Source of the DNA: Polyangium spumosum | GTDB lineage: Bacteria > Myxococcota_A > Polyangia > Polyangiales > Polyangiaceae | Direction: 5' to 3' | Assembly (NCBI RefSeq): GCF_009649845.1 | Contig: NZ_WJIE01000009.1 | Span: forward strand, 224,685-288,684 | DNA: 64,000 bases | Shown here: piece after piece, positions 9,101 through 17,323 of the stretch | How positions within the stretch are numbered: position 1 is the stretch's first letter | How the letters are laid out: each line of letters starts with the position of its first letter | Program-made: the position numbers and the translations under genes | The notes under the pieces: generated by a model | The model's database searches: none | Seen by the model: the letters and a program-made list of their open reading frames with translations, nothing else | What the model was told of the DNA's origin: nothing

Positions 9101-9869
9101 AGCTCTGCACGAGCGCCGCGACGGGCGGCGGCACCCCCGGGCGCGACGACAGGAGGCTCGGCGCCTCCGCGCTCAGGATCTTCGACATCACCAGCACCGG
9201 GTCCGTCGCGACGAACGGCGTCCGACCCGCGAGGCACTCGAACAGGATGCAGCCGAGCGAGAACATGTCCGAGGCCGGACCGACGGGCTCTTCGCTGCCC
9301 ACCTGCTCGGGCGACATGTACTCGGGCGTCCCGATCGGCCGACCCGCCGCGGTGATACCCGTCGACGAGCCCATCGGCCGCGCGATGCCGAGGTCCACGA
9401 TCGTCGCCTGGTCGATGTCTCCGCCGCGGAGGAGCACGTTCGAGGGTTTGAGGTCCCTGTGGACGATGCTCCTCGCGTGCAACGCGGCGAGCCCTTCGGT
9501 GATGCGCCGGAGCAGCAGCAAGGCCTCGCCCGTCGAGAGTGGCCCGCGCGCGAGCCGCTTTGCGAGGTCCTCGCCCTCCAGCCATTGCATCGCCAAAAAG
9601 TGCCGACCGTCCTCGTTCTGTCCGTGCGCCACGTACGAGACGACACGCGGATGCCGGATCAGGGACAGAATTCGTGCTTCCCGCGCGAAGCGCTCGGCGT
9701 CGACGGACGTCGCGTCCGTATGCAGGAGCTTCAGCGCGACCTCTTCGCCGGTCTCCTGATCACGCGCCCGGTAGACCTCGCCCATGCCGCCGCGGCCGGC
9801 GAGCGAGCGGACCACGAACCGCCGCGCGATCAGCGTTCCGGCGGGCAGGGGCTTGCTCCTCGGGGCCAT
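6135..9869 (-). CDS. PknK-like Ser/Thr protein kinase: kinase domain + nucleotide-cyclase-like region + AAA/STAND NTPase + TPR-like C-terminus (1244 aa)
   Basis: N-terminal Hanks kinase motifs: GRGGMGEVYRA, VALKLL, HRDLKPSNVLL, DLGIAR, GTPEYMSPE. A P-loop VAPPGMGKSRLL sits near residue 480. The remainder is a long Ala/Leu-rich helical repeat region. Confidence 0.9.
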   Translation of the reverse strand: MAPRSKPLPAGTLIARRFVVRSLAGRGGMGEVYRARDQETGEEVALKLLHTDATSVDAERFAREARILSLIRHPRVVSYVAHGQNEDGRHFLAMQWLEGEDLAKRLARGPLSTGEALLLLRRITEGLAALHARSIVHRDLKPSNVLLRGGDIDQATIVDLGIARPMGSSTGITAAGRPIGTPEYMSPEQVGSEEPVGPASDMFSLGCILFECLAGRTPFVATDPVLVMSKILSAEAPSLLSSRPGVPPPVAALVQSLLRKDPAERPASAASLLEGLAEHLDLEAHKGAFYPTLARDVQELSSVLVLSLPEGAGAEEIGAILARNGAFSRGQRPDGTLVAAFARFGGDATDQATAATRAALVIRAAAPGATIALATGPAFVSGEQPIGRAVDQAAEALAAEDTPRGVVIVDAVTAGLVGGRFPTAREGGRILLAGEELTRAVRPGETLPFVGRKRELDLLLRAFEATREEPLARAVVVVAPPGMGKSRLLQELRARLEAREDGVLFLVGHSDPLGAPAYTMLADALRGRGLAELTTSEGRAATRAQLERVLLDDLRGVCAERPVVLALEDVHHGDAPSVRLVERALVELSDQPLFVLALARPDLEDVYPRLWGDRAERMVLSPLVRRDAEELARAALGQGASDVVVERIVERAAGNPLFLEELARAARATGGEEGAPPATLLVMLQARLGRLGPEARRALVAASLFGARFWRGGVVALMDRQGHEASVDQALAALTRAELLEKQRTSRLAGDVEYVFRHVLVREAAYGLLGEEELALGHARAALFLEAAGESDAQSLADHWRRGGDAARARVLHVRAAREAFERNDLEGTRLHAAKAEELGAEGAELGLVRGMACSVLYWNGAWDEARRRGTEALPLLPEGSTWFCRVLGLVCTLAGLGAGVEAFAGHLDELLALSPDLEALGAYAECLGRLLCLLAVRLDRGASSRVLARMRETLEQTGAVDPSAHGWARLAAYEYGRSAKHDPLAQLERIEDAMRAFEAAGDARMQVVCAARAGEALVALGEHEAALARLVEAEALAIELDDRRTKAAVRLSRALFLAEQSTPEAQKEARALAEALVAEAGLNPFDVALAWGIAARVALVEGDAARALVEVDRGLALVDPMRLRRLSLTATRIRALTRLGRGAESLSLARAALVEVRAAGGVGAIEVDLRLAAAEALRAAGEVGAFEDELRAALGLLGEQCADVRDPEGQTRLLREVPSNAEAARLAREQFGETAVLTLLGAA

Positions 9870-9978
9870 GCGCGACCATTGGTTTCATACCCGGGCGCGC
9901 CTGCTGTCAAGCGCTTCGCCGCAGCGCGTCGGCCTTTGGCGCTTGCGAGAGCGTCGAAGCTTTGAGAAATTCATCGGC

Positions 9979-10527
9979 GTGTCGTGCCCCAAGCTCATCA
10001 CCGAGCGCCTCGAGCTGGTCCCCATGTCGGTGGAGGTCGTCGAGGCCGTGCTCGATGGGCGCCGCAGCGATACCGAGGCGCTCCTCGGCGCGAAGATGCC
10101 AAACGCGTGGCCGGGCCGCGCGCTCGTCGAGCGGGCGTTCCTGGCGCGGCTCGACGCGGTCCGCGCCGATCCCGAGCATCGGCTCTGGGGTGATCGTGTG
10201 GCCCTGTCGCGCGAGGCTGCCCGGCGGGTCATCGGCAGCGTGGTATTTCACGGGGGGCCGGACGAGACCGGCCTCGTCGAGGTGGCCTACGGCATCGAGG
10301 AGGAATCGCAGCAGCAGGGCTTCGGCTTCGAGGCCGTGAGCGCGTCGGTGGCCTGGGCGCTCGCCGAGCCGCGCGTGCGCGCCGTGCGGGCCTCCACGTT
10401 CACCTGGCACCTCGCGTCTCGCCGCATCCTCGAGAAGCTCGGCTTCCGCGTGGTCGCCACGGAGGACGATCTGCTCGGCGAAATGCTCAAGTACGAGGTC
10501 GCCCCGAGCGCGTTCCGTCTTCGCTGA
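9979..10527 (+). CDS. GNAT family N-acetyltransferase (RimJ/RimL-like)
   Basis: TERLELVPMSVEVVEAVLDG is a typical RimL-type N-terminus. The acetyl-CoA binding region is present (VEVAYGIEEESQQQGFGFEAVSASVAWAL). The upstream part of ORF 9784.. is Arg-rich, so the start is moved to GTG 9979. Confidence 0.75.
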   Translation: MSCPKLITERLELVPMSVEVVEAVLDGRRSDTEALLGAKMPNAWPGRALVERAFLARLDAVRADPEHRLWGDRVALSREAARRVIGSVVFHGGPDETGLVEVAYGIEEESQQQGFGFEAVSASVAWALAEPRVRAVRASTFTWHLASRRILEKLGFRVVATEDDLLGEMLKYEVAPSAFRLR

Positions 10528-10587
10528 CGCCTCCACGCTGGTTTTCCTGGGGAACCTTCCTGTAAGCTCCCCCGGAGCGGAGCGTTC

Positions 10588-12171
10588 ATGCCGGACGACA
10601 TGCTGATCTCGTATCCGAGGCGCGGGTGGCTCGTGGCTCTCCTCGTCGCGCTGGGCTCTTTTGCGGCGGGCGCGGGCCCCGCGTCGGCCCAGGAAGCCGC
10701 GGCCGCGCCGCCGATCGAGCCTGCCCCGATCCCGCCGCCGCCCGTCGAGGTCGCGACGGAGGAGCCACCGCCGCCGCCTCCTCCGCCTCCGCCGTACGTG
10801 CCGCCGCCTCCGCCGTACAGGCCGCCGCCTCTGCCGCCCAAGCCGAACCGCTGGTATTTCCTCCAGCCGGGCGTCTTTCCCGAGGCGGACCTCTTCGCGG
10901 GCATCGGGCAGCTCGGGCTCGTCACGCCCTCGGCGAAGCAATTTTACGGCGGCGTACAGGTGGGCCTCTTCGGCGCGACGGCCGAGCACTTCACGGGCCT
11001 CGCGCAGGTCGGCCTCGTGCACACCAACGCCGAGCGTGTCTTCCGGGGCGGCGTCGAGCTCACGCTCGGCAGGAACCTCGCGAAGGAGTTCTACGGCGGC
11101 GCGCAGGTCGCGCTCTACCGCAACGTCGTCAGCGATCTCTTCGTGGGCCTCGCGCAGGTCGCGGTCCTGCGCAACGACACGCGCCGCTTCGCCGGCCTCT
11201 TGCAGATGGGCGGGCGCAACGGGGCCGAGGCGTTCATCGGCGGCTTGCAGCTCGGCGCCTACAACGTCATCGGCGCCGGCCTCGACTGGGACGACGAATA
11301 CGGATACGGCGGCCGCCGCGGCGGCGGCGGGTTCGTCGGGGCATTGCAGATCGGCGCATACAACAAGATCGACCACGGGAATTTCTCGGGCCTCCTCCAG
11401 ATCGGCGGCGCCAATGCGGTGGAGGACGGCGCCTTCCGCGGCGTGGCCCAGGTCGGCCTCCTGAGCTACGTCGACGGCTCGTTTTACGGCGTCGGCCAGG
11501 TCGGCCTCCTGAACGGCGTCGACGAGTCGTTTCATGGGATCGGCCAGCTCGGCGCGGTGAACATCGCCGTCGACGATTTTTACGGCGTCTTCCAGGCCGG
11601 CGGCGCCAACGTGATCATCGAGGACGACTTCCACGGCGTCGGGCAATTCGGCCTCGCTTCGTACGTCGCCGAAGACTTTCGTGGCGTCCTGCAGACGAGC
11701 GCGATCTTCAACTACGTCGGCGAGGGCTTCGGCGGCGTCCTGCAGCTCGGCGGCATCTTCAACTACGTCGCCGACGATTTCCAGGGCGTCTTCCAGATCG
11801 GCGCCTTCAACGGCGTGCGCGAGGAGTTTTACGGCGTCTCGCAGATCGGCGTCGTGAACATGACCCGCGACGACCACGTCGGCGCGCAGCTCGGCGTGGT
11901 CAACATCGTCAAGGACCAGATCCACGGCCTCCAGGCCGGGTTCTTCTCGGGCGCCGACGAGGTCACGGGCGTGCAGCTCGGCGTGGCCAACGTGAGCAGT
12001 CGCCTCACGGGCACCTCGATGGGCCTCTACAACCGTACGAAACACGTCCGCGGGCTCCAGATAGGCCTCATCAACCAGACCGATCGCCTGCGTGGCGCGC
12101 AGATTGGCCTCATCAACCTCTCCAAGCAGGGCGGCCTCCGCTTCTTCCCCGTGCTGAACATCGGCCTCTGA
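10588..12171 (+). CDS. secreted repeat protein: signal peptide, poly-Pro stalk, ~25 tandem 16-20-aa repeats (F-x-G-[VL]-x-Q-[VIL]-G-x-x-N)
   Basis: Signal peptide RRGWLVALLVALGSFAAGAGPASAQE. A P10-containing linker follows (EEPPPPPPPPPPYVPPPPPYRPPPLPPKP). The repeats include FYGGVQVGLFGATAEH, FTGLAQVGLVHTNAER, FYGVGQVGLLNGVDES, RGLQIGLINQTDRL and RGAQIGLINLSKQ. The C-terminus is RFFPVLNIGL. Confidence 0.8.
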   Translation: MPDDMLISYPRRGWLVALLVALGSFAAGAGPASAQEAAAAPPIEPAPIPPPPVEVATEEPPPPPPPPPPYVPPPPPYRPPPLPPKPNRWYFLQPGVFPEADLFAGIGQLGLVTPSAKQFYGGVQVGLFGATAEHFTGLAQVGLVHTNAERVFRGGVELTLGRNLAKEFYGGAQVALYRNVVSDLFVGLAQVAVLRNDTRRFAGLLQMGGRNGAEAFIGGLQLGAYNVIGAGLDWDDEYGYGGRRGGGGFVGALQIGAYNKIDHGNFSGLLQIGGANAVEDGAFRGVAQVGLLSYVDGSFYGVGQVGLLNGVDESFHGIGQLGAVNIAVDDFYGVFQAGGANVIIEDDFHGVGQFGLASYVAEDFRGVLQTSAIFNYVGEGFGGVLQLGGIFNYVADDFQGVFQIGAFNGVREEFYGVSQIGVVNMTRDDHVGAQLGVVNIVKDQIHGLQAGFFSGADEVTGVQLGVANVSSRLTGTSMGLYNRTKHVRGLQIGLINQTDRLRGAQIGLINLSKQGGLRFFPVLNIGL

Positions 12172-12359
12172 GCCCGAGGGTGAGGACCAAAGGCCTCACC
12201 CGGCGCGGCGTCGAGGCATCGATGTAGGGGGGGCGCGCGACGCTCGCGGGCCCGCTCCTCGGCCATCTCGGGCCATTTGCGCATGGCATCTTCCTTGCTG
12301 TCGTGCCATGAACCGGGCGCTCCGCGACGAACGTCCGACTCGAATACCTCCGAGGAACC

Positions 12360-13478
12360 ATGGCTCGACGTACACTTCTTTCGGCCTCGATGCTGGCCGC
12401 GATCCTCTCCGTGCCCGCCGCGTCTCACGCGCAGAACGTTGCCACCAAGCAATACGTGGACGTCGCCATTGCCGAGCCGCCAAAGCAGGACGGGCTCGAG
12501 ATCACCATGAAAAACGGCGCCACCTTCTCGCTCGTGGATACCCGCGACGTGGTCGGCGTCACCCCCAATGGCTCGACCTTCACCGTGGGCCTCAAGTTCG
12601 ACGGCGTGGCGACGTACCGGAGAGGCGGCCACGAGTGGCGCACGATGCTCGGCATCAACGAGGCGCTCACGAAGACGCCGGCCCTCGAAGACATCGTCAA
12701 GAGCGCCGACAATTTCAACGTGGAGAGCACCTATCTCTATTTCGTGCGCCCCTGGTTCGGCCCGTTCGCGCGCGTCACGCTGGGCACGCCGCTCTTCCGT
12801 GGCTTCGACGTCCGGCCCAACGACACGACGTACACGATCGCCCGCCTCTCCGGCGCGACCGAGACCGTCACCGCGCGGCGCCTCACGCTCACCGACCCCT
12901 TCCGTCCCCTCACGCTGAAGCAGACCATCGGCCCGTTCGCGCGCCCCGTCTCCGGCGATCGATTCAACCTGGAGACGCGCGTCGGCCTCGGCGGGTTGCA
13001 GACCTTCGCCGACGGGCAGCTCATCCTGAAGGACGACGCGGCCACGGCCGATCGCGTCGAGGTGCAGGAGCTCCGGGACGTGCTTCAGCTCGGCGTCGAG
13101 GGCTCGCTCGAGGTGTGGGGCGCGCTGAACGACAAGAAGATCGCCTACAAGCTCGGCGTCGGCGCGCTCATCCCGGCCTGGAACAACGACATGCCCGCGG
13201 CCGGAGAGGCCAAGAAGAGCGCGCTCTCGCTCACCAACCTGGACATCGGCGCGGCCATTTCGTTCAAGGTGGTCGAGTGGGCGACGCTCGATTACGAGCT
13301 CAAGCTCGTCCGCCAGCCCCAGCTCACCGAGCAATGGCAGATACGTAACGGAATGATGCTCACCCTCGGCCTCGGTTATTCCAGGAAGCCGCCTGCGCCG
13401 CCCGAGCCCGCGAAGCCCGCGGCCCCCGCCGCCGCGCCCGCCGCGCCCACGCCCGCTCCAGCGCCGGCCGCGAAATAG
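12360..13478 (+). CDS. secreted/outer-membrane-like hypothetical protein
   Basis: Signal peptide MARRTLLSASMLAAILSVPAASHAQ. Alternating amphipathic beta-strand patterns suggest a beta-barrel. The C-terminal tail is Pro/Ala-rich. Confidence 0.6.
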   Translation: MARRTLLSASMLAAILSVPAASHAQNVATKQYVDVAIAEPPKQDGLEITMKNGATFSLVDTRDVVGVTPNGSTFTVGLKFDGVATYRRGGHEWRTMLGINEALTKTPALEDIVKSADNFNVESTYLYFVRPWFGPFARVTLGTPLFRGFDVRPNDTTYTIARLSGATETVTARRLTLTDPFRPLTLKQTIGPFARPVSGDRFNLETRVGLGGLQTFADGQLILKDDAATADRVEVQELRDVLQLGVEGSLEVWGALNDKKIAYKLGVGALIPAWNNDMPAAGEAKKSALSLTNLDIGAAISFKVVEWATLDYELKLVRQPQLTEQWQIRNGMMLTLGLGYSRKPPAPPEPAKPAAPAAAPAAPTPAPAPAAK

Positions 13479-13525
13479 GCGTCATCGTTCGTGGCGGACG
13501 CCGGCCGGACCGCCGGGCACGTCGC

Positions 13526-14854
13526 GTGCAAACCCCCACCCGTCCGGGCACATCTGCGAAGCAGTGGGCCATGATCGACGGGGGGGAAACATTGAACTCC
13601 AACAAATACATCGTCCTCATCGCGGCGCTGCTCGCGCCAGCGTGCGCGCCTGACGAGCCTTCCACGCAGCCGGCGGAAAAGTCTCTCCTCGACGCGCCTG
13701 TCGGGGGTTCGGGCATTCAATACCGCATGACCTCCACGATCGCCCCGGGGGTCGAATCCTATGGTTGTCGCCTCTTCCAGGTGCCTCCCGAGGGGCTCGT
13801 GATCCGGGGCCAAGACGTCGCGTTCGGCCCGGGCGGACACCACGTCCTCCTGTACCGGACCCCATATCGACAGGTTCCGTCCCACGATGAAGAGGGCGTC
13901 GCTGTCGACGCGCTCACGGAGCACGATTGCTCCGAGGGCGCGACCGCGCGCTGGAAGGTCGACGCCGTGCTGGGCGGCTCCGAGAGCTTCGGCAGCGTGG
14001 GGCTGCTCCATCGATTGCCCGATGGCGTGGGCCTCGTCGTGGAGCCGAACGTGGTGCTCGTGATGAGCACCCATTACCTCAACACCACGAGCGCCCCGCT
14101 CGAGGTCGACGCCCGCATCAACGTCTACACCATGCCTCCCGAGGATCTCCGGATCGAGGCCGGCCTCCTTTACATGGACAACCAGGCCCTGCGCGTCGCC
14201 CCCAACAGCGAGGCCACGGCGCGCATGCGTTGCCCCGTGCCCGACGACGTGCACGTGGTGAGCCTGCAATCGCACATGCACGCGCGGGGCGCCTCGTTCG
14301 AGGCCACGCTGCTGCCGCCCGCCGGCGCGGCCACGTCCATTTATTCGACGACGTCCTGGCAGGAGCCGCCCGTACGCGAGCTCGACCCGCCGCTGCTCCT
14401 GCCCCGGGGGAGCACCCTCGAGATCCGCTGCGATTTCCGGAGCGGCGAGAGCCGGCCCATCACGTGGGGCCTCTCCTCGAACGACGAGATGTGCCAGCTC
14501 ATCGGGCCGTACTTCCCGAAGAACCCCCATTTCGAGCGATGCGAGGACGAGAGCGGCGCGCCCGCCGCGACGTGGGTGGGCCACGGGAAGGCCGACGGCA
14601 CGGAGACGGCCGCTTGCCTGAAGCAGGCGGTGTCGACCGAGGAGGGGGAGGGGTACGCGTACAACGATTGCGTGCTCGGCGCCTGCCCGGCCATCGCGGC
14701 CGAGGTCTCGGCGCTCGTGCGTTGCCAGAAGGCGAGTCGGGCCGGGGCTTGCGCGAATACGTGCCAGGGCGAGAGCCCCGGCGATTGCGCGTCTTGCCTC
14801 GCGGGGGCCTGCGCCGCGGAGGAGCAGGCCATGTGCGGCGCGAATTGCCCGTGA
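13526..14854 (+). CDS. copper type II ascorbate-dependent monooxygenase-like (PHM/DBH fold) secreted lipoprotein with Cys-rich C-terminal tail
   Basis: Candidate CuH ligands: HH105/106 (GGHHVLLY) and H162 or H183. Candidate CuM ligands: H250-x-H252 (QSHMHARG) and M322 in an EMC motif (NDEMCQL). The spacings between ligands are 57-77, 67 and 70 residues, matching the PHM H107/H108, H172, H242/H244, M314 pattern. N-terminal signal with LLAPAC. The C-terminus has 11 Cys. Confidence 0.65.
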   Translation: MQTPTRPGTSAKQWAMIDGGETLNSNKYIVLIAALLAPACAPDEPSTQPAEKSLLDAPVGGSGIQYRMTSTIAPGVESYGCRLFQVPPEGLVIRGQDVAFGPGGHHVLLYRTPYRQVPSHDEEGVAVDALTEHDCSEGATARWKVDAVLGGSESFGSVGLLHRLPDGVGLVVEPNVVLVMSTHYLNTTSAPLEVDARINVYTMPPEDLRIEAGLLYMDNQALRVAPNSEATARMRCPVPDDVHVVSLQSHMHARGASFEATLLPPAGAATSIYSTTSWQEPPVRELDPPLLLPRGSTLEIRCDFRSGESRPITWGLSSNDEMCQLIGPYFPKNPHFERCEDESGAPAATWVGHGKADGTETAACLKQAVSTEEGEGYAYNDCVLGACPAIAAEVSALVRCQKASRAGACANTCQGESPGDCASCLAGACAAEEQAMCGANCP

Positions 14855-14863
14855 CGTCTCGAG

Positions 14864-16333
14864 CTAGCGTTTCTTGACGCGCCCGACCGAGCCGTCGTAG
14901 TGGCCTTCCCTCCGGACGTAATACACGAAATAGAGCCACTGCTCGCCTTCCGCCGTACGGGCCAGGCTCGGCTCTCCGATGCCCACGATGTCGCCCGGCC
15001 CGTCGGGGGGCGCGTCGAGCCCGAGCGCGACCACGGGATCCCCGAACGAGGCCGGGAGCGCCGGATCGCCACCCGAATACGCGCTCGCCGCGATGTCGCG
15101 GAAGCCGCGCGAGAAATAGAGGAGCGAACTGGCCTCGTCCACGAAGGGCTGGAACTCCTCGACGTCGGGCTCGCTGATCGCCGCGACGACCGTCTCGGAG
15201 AACGAAGCCCCCGGGAAGGCGCCCGAGGGCCTGGCCACGAAGATGTCCTTTTCCACCGGCCCCTCGGTGTCGAACCAGACGTGGCCGTGACCAAACGCGG
15301 GATTCGATTGAAAGGGCTCCATCGGCGTGAGCGGGAGCTGCGTCGCGGGGAAGGGATCGGCGATCAGGAAGTTGTTCACGAACGAATACTTCCCGAGGCT
15401 CACGGGCGCGCCGAGCGTGATGTCCGCGTGATAAAGATCGGGCGCCGTGTCCGGGCCGTGCAGCGGGTCGAACGCGAAGAGCACGGGCGCCGCGCCGCCC
15501 TCCGGCGCGCCGAGGAAGGTGAACCCGAACGGCGAATACGTGAAGCCATTCATGTCGATGGCGATCACGAAAGGCTCGGCGAACGACCCGTCCGGCTGCT
15601 TGCGGAATCCATACGCGGCCACGGGCGGCAAGGCGAAGAGCGCCTGCGCGACGCCGAGCTCGGGGATGGTGTGGTCGATCTCGGTCGGCGAGAGGATCCG
15701 TCCGGCGCCGGGCATGTCGGGCCGCTCGGGAGCGGCGTACGGGCCGCGCGTCGTATTACATTCGGTCGCGGCCGGACTCGCGGCCTCGCCCGTGCAGCCG
15801 GGCAGATCTTTCCCGCCGATGCAGCAGAGCAGGTCGGCTGGCGAATACGTGCTCACGATCAGCCATTGCCCGTCCGGGCTCACCTCCGCCGAGTCCTCCG
15901 TGCCCGCGGTATTGACGAGCCCGGGGACCCGCTCCGGCTGGCCCCACGCCGCGCCCACGAAGGGCAAGACGACCGCCGTCCTCTCGGCCGAGAGATCCGC
16001 GACCTTCGCGCGCACCACCACTTCCCCCGCGTCCCCCGCGGCGATCGAGGGTTTCACGGTGGCCCGGTACGTGCCATCCCCGACGTCTTCGGCCGCGTCC
16101 GCCGTACCCCCCTCGGCCGTGATTTCCACCGCGAGCCCGGGCACGGGTTTGCCGTCGCTCGACGTCACGCGCACGGTGACCTCGATGGGATGCGGCGCGG
16201 GCCCGTCCTGCCGCGCGAGCTCGAGGGCGAGCGACGCGGGCGAAAGGGCCGCGGGGTTCGAGGGATCCGCCTCCGAACCGCAGGCGGCGAGGGCGAAAGG
16301 GACGAGGAGCGCGAGAGTCCGTCGGTATCGCAT
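14864..16333 (-). CDS. hypothetical lipoprotein
   Basis: MRYRRTLALLVPFALAACGSEAD has a lipobox LAACG. An Ig-like N-terminal region is present (IEVTVRVTSSDGKPVPGLAVEITAEGG). A WLIVSTYSPADLLCCIGG segment suggests a beta-propeller-like fold. Confidence 0.6.
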   Translation of the reverse strand: MRYRRTLALLVPFALAACGSEADPSNPAALSPASLALELARQDGPAPHPIEVTVRVTSSDGKPVPGLAVEITAEGGTADAAEDVGDGTYRATVKPSIAAGDAGEVVVRAKVADLSAERTAVVLPFVGAAWGQPERVPGLVNTAGTEDSAEVSPDGQWLIVSTYSPADLLCCIGGKDLPGCTGEAASPAATECNTTRGPYAAPERPDMPGAGRILSPTEIDHTIPELGVAQALFALPPVAAYGFRKQPDGSFAEPFVIAIDMNGFTYSPFGFTFLGAPEGGAAPVLFAFDPLHGPDTAPDLYHADITLGAPVSLGKYSFVNNFLIADPFPATQLPLTPMEPFQSNPAFGHGHVWFDTEGPVEKDIFVARPSGAFPGASFSETVVAAISEPDVEEFQPFVDEASSLLYFSRGFRDIAASAYSGGDPALPASFGDPVVALGLDAPPDGPGDIVGIGEPSLARTAEGEQWLYFVYYVRREGHYDGSVGRVKKR

Positions 16334-16398
16334 CGAGCCATTCTAGACGAGCTCGCCCCGTTTTGTCTTCGCCCGCGCCGCGGTGTAGAGTGCGCGCC

Positions 16399-17313
16399 AT
16401 GAGGTTCGTCCGAATCGATGGTCTTCTCCGCTCTGCCCGCGTGTTTTTCGCGGGCCTCACCGTGTTCGCCGCGGGTTGCGGCGGCGCGCCTGCGCCCGAG
16501 CCCGGCGCGCCCACGCCGGCGAACACCACGCCCGCGACGGTCCAGACGTCCCCGTCCGAGGGCATGCAGGGCACGCTCTCCGAGGAGGCCTTCAAGGCGC
16601 TGCACCAGCTCAGCGCCGAGAAGGCCCCGCCGCCGCGCGGCGAGCGCGTCGCGATCGACGGCACGAGCGGCTACCTCAGCCTGCCCAGGGGGAAAACCGC
16701 GCCGCTGCCGGGCATCCTCGTGATCCACGAATGGTGGGGCCTGAACGAGCACATCCAGCACTGGACCGACCGCCTCGCGGAGGACGGGTATGCCGCGCTC
16801 GCCGTGGATCTTTATGGCGGGAAGGTCGCGAAGACGCCCGACGAGGCGATGGCCACGATGAAGAGCGTCGACAACAAAAAGGCGCTCGCCACGCTCGTCG
16901 CCGCGCACGATTTCCTGGAGAAGGATCCGCGCGTCCAGGCGACGCGCACCGGCGTGATCGGCTGGTGCTTCGGCGGCGCCTGGTCGCTCCAGTTCGCCAT
17001 GCACGAGCCCGACCTCGACGCGGCCGTGATTTATTATGGCCACCTCGTCACGGATCCGAACGAGCTGAAGCCGATCAAGGCCGAGATCCTCGGCATTTTC
17101 GGGAACAAGGACAAGGCGATCCCACCCGAGGACGTGAACGCCTTCGACGCGGCGCTCGGGCAGGCCGGCGTCACGCGCACCGTCCACCGCTACGACGCCG
17201 ACCACGCCTTCGCGAACCCCTCGCAACAATCACGGTACGACGAGAAGAGCGCGGCCGACGCCTGGGAGAAGGTGCGCGTGTTCTTGCGGCGGAAGCTCGC
17301 CGAGCAGAAATGA
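16399..17313 (+). CDS. dienelactone hydrolase family protein (secreted)
   Basis: The DLH fold is indicated by ILVIHEWWGLNEHIQHWTDRLAEDGYAALAVDLYGG plus a nucleophile-elbow-like GWCFGG and the C-terminal DADHAFANP. The N-terminus has a signal peptide (LTVFAAGCGG). Confidence 0.8.
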   Translation: MRFVRIDGLLRSARVFFAGLTVFAAGCGGAPAPEPGAPTPANTTPATVQTSPSEGMQGTLSEEAFKALHQLSAEKAPPPRGERVAIDGTSGYLSLPRGKTAPLPGILVIHEWWGLNEHIQHWTDRLAEDGYAALAVDLYGGKVAKTPDEAMATMKSVDNKKALATLVAAHDFLEKDPRVQATRTGVIGWCFGGAWSLQFAMHEPDLDAAVIYYGHLVTDPNELKPIKAEILGIFGNKDKAIPPEDVNAFDAALGQAGVTRTVHRYDADHAFANPSQQSRYDEKSAADAWEKVRVFLRRKLAEQK

Positions 17314-17323
17314 CGCGGGACGC

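Noticed and set aside
6054-9965. 1303-aa plus-strand ORF and the 857-aa (7012..9585) and 279-aa minus ORFs overlapping the kinase gene
   Set aside because: They are extremely Arg/Pro/Gly-rich (RRRR, PRPR strings) shadow ORFs in alternate or antisense frames of a GC3-biased gene. The 6135..9869 minus frame has unmistakable kinase and P-loop motifs.
10626-12227. 533-aa and 267-aa alternate-frame ORFs over the repeat-protein gene
   Set aside because: Their compositions (Arg/Ala/Ser homopolymer-like) reflect frame-shifted reading of the periodic repeat DNA. The 10588 frame has a signal peptide and coherent repeats.
12027-14584. Minus-strand ORFs 12027..13334 and 13376..14584
   Set aside because: They are antisense to the signal-peptide-bearing OMP-like and PHM-like genes. 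They are Arg/Gly/Glu-rich with no motifs.
14900-16402. 500-aa plus-strand ORF antisense to the 14864..16333 lipoprotein gene, and 16165..17229 minus ORF antisense to the DLH gene
   Set aside because: Arg/Gly/Glu-rich shadow ORFs. The partner frames have lipobox and DLH motifs.
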